The notes under the pieces are model-generated. The model was not told the DNA's origin. It worked only from the letters and a program-made list of their open reading frames with translations, and did no database searches. From an uncultured Pelagibacteraceae bacterium (lineage in GTDB: Bacteria > Pseudomonadota > Alphaproteobacteria > Pelagibacterales > Pelagibacteraceae): a stretch of DNA of 64,000 nt. Within the stretch, counting starts at the first letter, position 1, and the number at the start of each line of letters is the position of its first letter. Location of the stretch: the NCBI GenBank assembly GCA_902579285.1, contig CACHGA010000002.1:7906-71905 (forward strand), in the 5' to 3' direction. Made by a program: the position numbers and the translations under genes. Below are positions 63,866-64,000 of this stretch, piece by piece.

Positions 63866-64000
63866 TTAACTCTTTTTACTTTTCTCGTGCGCCAAAATAG
63901 CAATTTTTGAGCCTGGTGCAAGTAAAATACTTAAGAATTTTTGTGCAGGAGTAGATAAAATACCTATTATTTTTGCTCTTGCCTCATCTAGAGTGGGTAG
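63866..64000 (-). CDS. rplJ: 50S ribosomal protein L10, C-terminal part (runs off the window)
   Basis: Manual translation [44 protein letters not shown] upstream of rplL. Confidence 0.9.
   Translation of the reverse strand, partial: LPTLDEARAKIIGILSTPAQKFLSILLAPGSKIAILAHEKSKKS

Noticed and set aside
486..63900. Many 60-172 aa ORFs antisense to known genes (e.g. 50790-51308, 53533-54015, 57836-58291, 58637-59137, 63457-63900)
   Set aside because: They are shadow frames of conserved genes, with Phe/Ser/Ile/Leu-rich composition, no family motifs and no independent initiation signals
1..64000. CRISPR arrays, IS elements, prophage genes, tRNA/rRNA genes, programmed frameshifts at homopolymer runs
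   Set aside because: No intergenic space or repeats fit these features; the A/T runs encode Lys/Phe within intact reading frames

Overview
This is a gene-dense, strongly AT-rich alphaproteobacterial core-genome segment. Tiny or negative intergenic distances, a short ProS, LpxI, no L30 and a fusA-rpsJ junction all fit a SAR11/Pelagibacterales genome (inference). From left to right it holds: a divergent TPP-riboswitch-like leader driving a signal-peptide-less ThiY/Thi5 (NMT1)-family gene; a ~25.6 kb minus-strand run (gatCAB-coaX-rnj-proS-lolCE-lolD-dnaE-rpsB-tsf-frr-uppS-cdsA-dxr-bamA-skp-lpxD-fabZ-lpxA-lpxI-sugar dehydrogenase-msrA-lpxB); ruvX-pyrB-pyrC'-plsY-topA-RidA; galU-ugd, panC, mgtE, lipB and an RluA/RluC-family gene; and the rplJL-rpoBC-str-S10-spc-alpha ribosomal supercluster. 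I saw no mobile elements, CRISPR arrays, tRNAs or rRNAs. The best candidate for a new system is at 1-930: a TPP-aptamer variant with an intact pyrimidine-sensing half and a remodelled pyrophosphate-sensing half, placed directly on the start codon of a cytoplasmic aminopyrimidine-binding-fold protein. Other notable points are an apparent zinc-ligand swap in RpoC, a GC-rich Ala/Pro/Ser tail on S19, a two-state rpsL leader, and clean absence of pyrH and rseP from their usual cluster.
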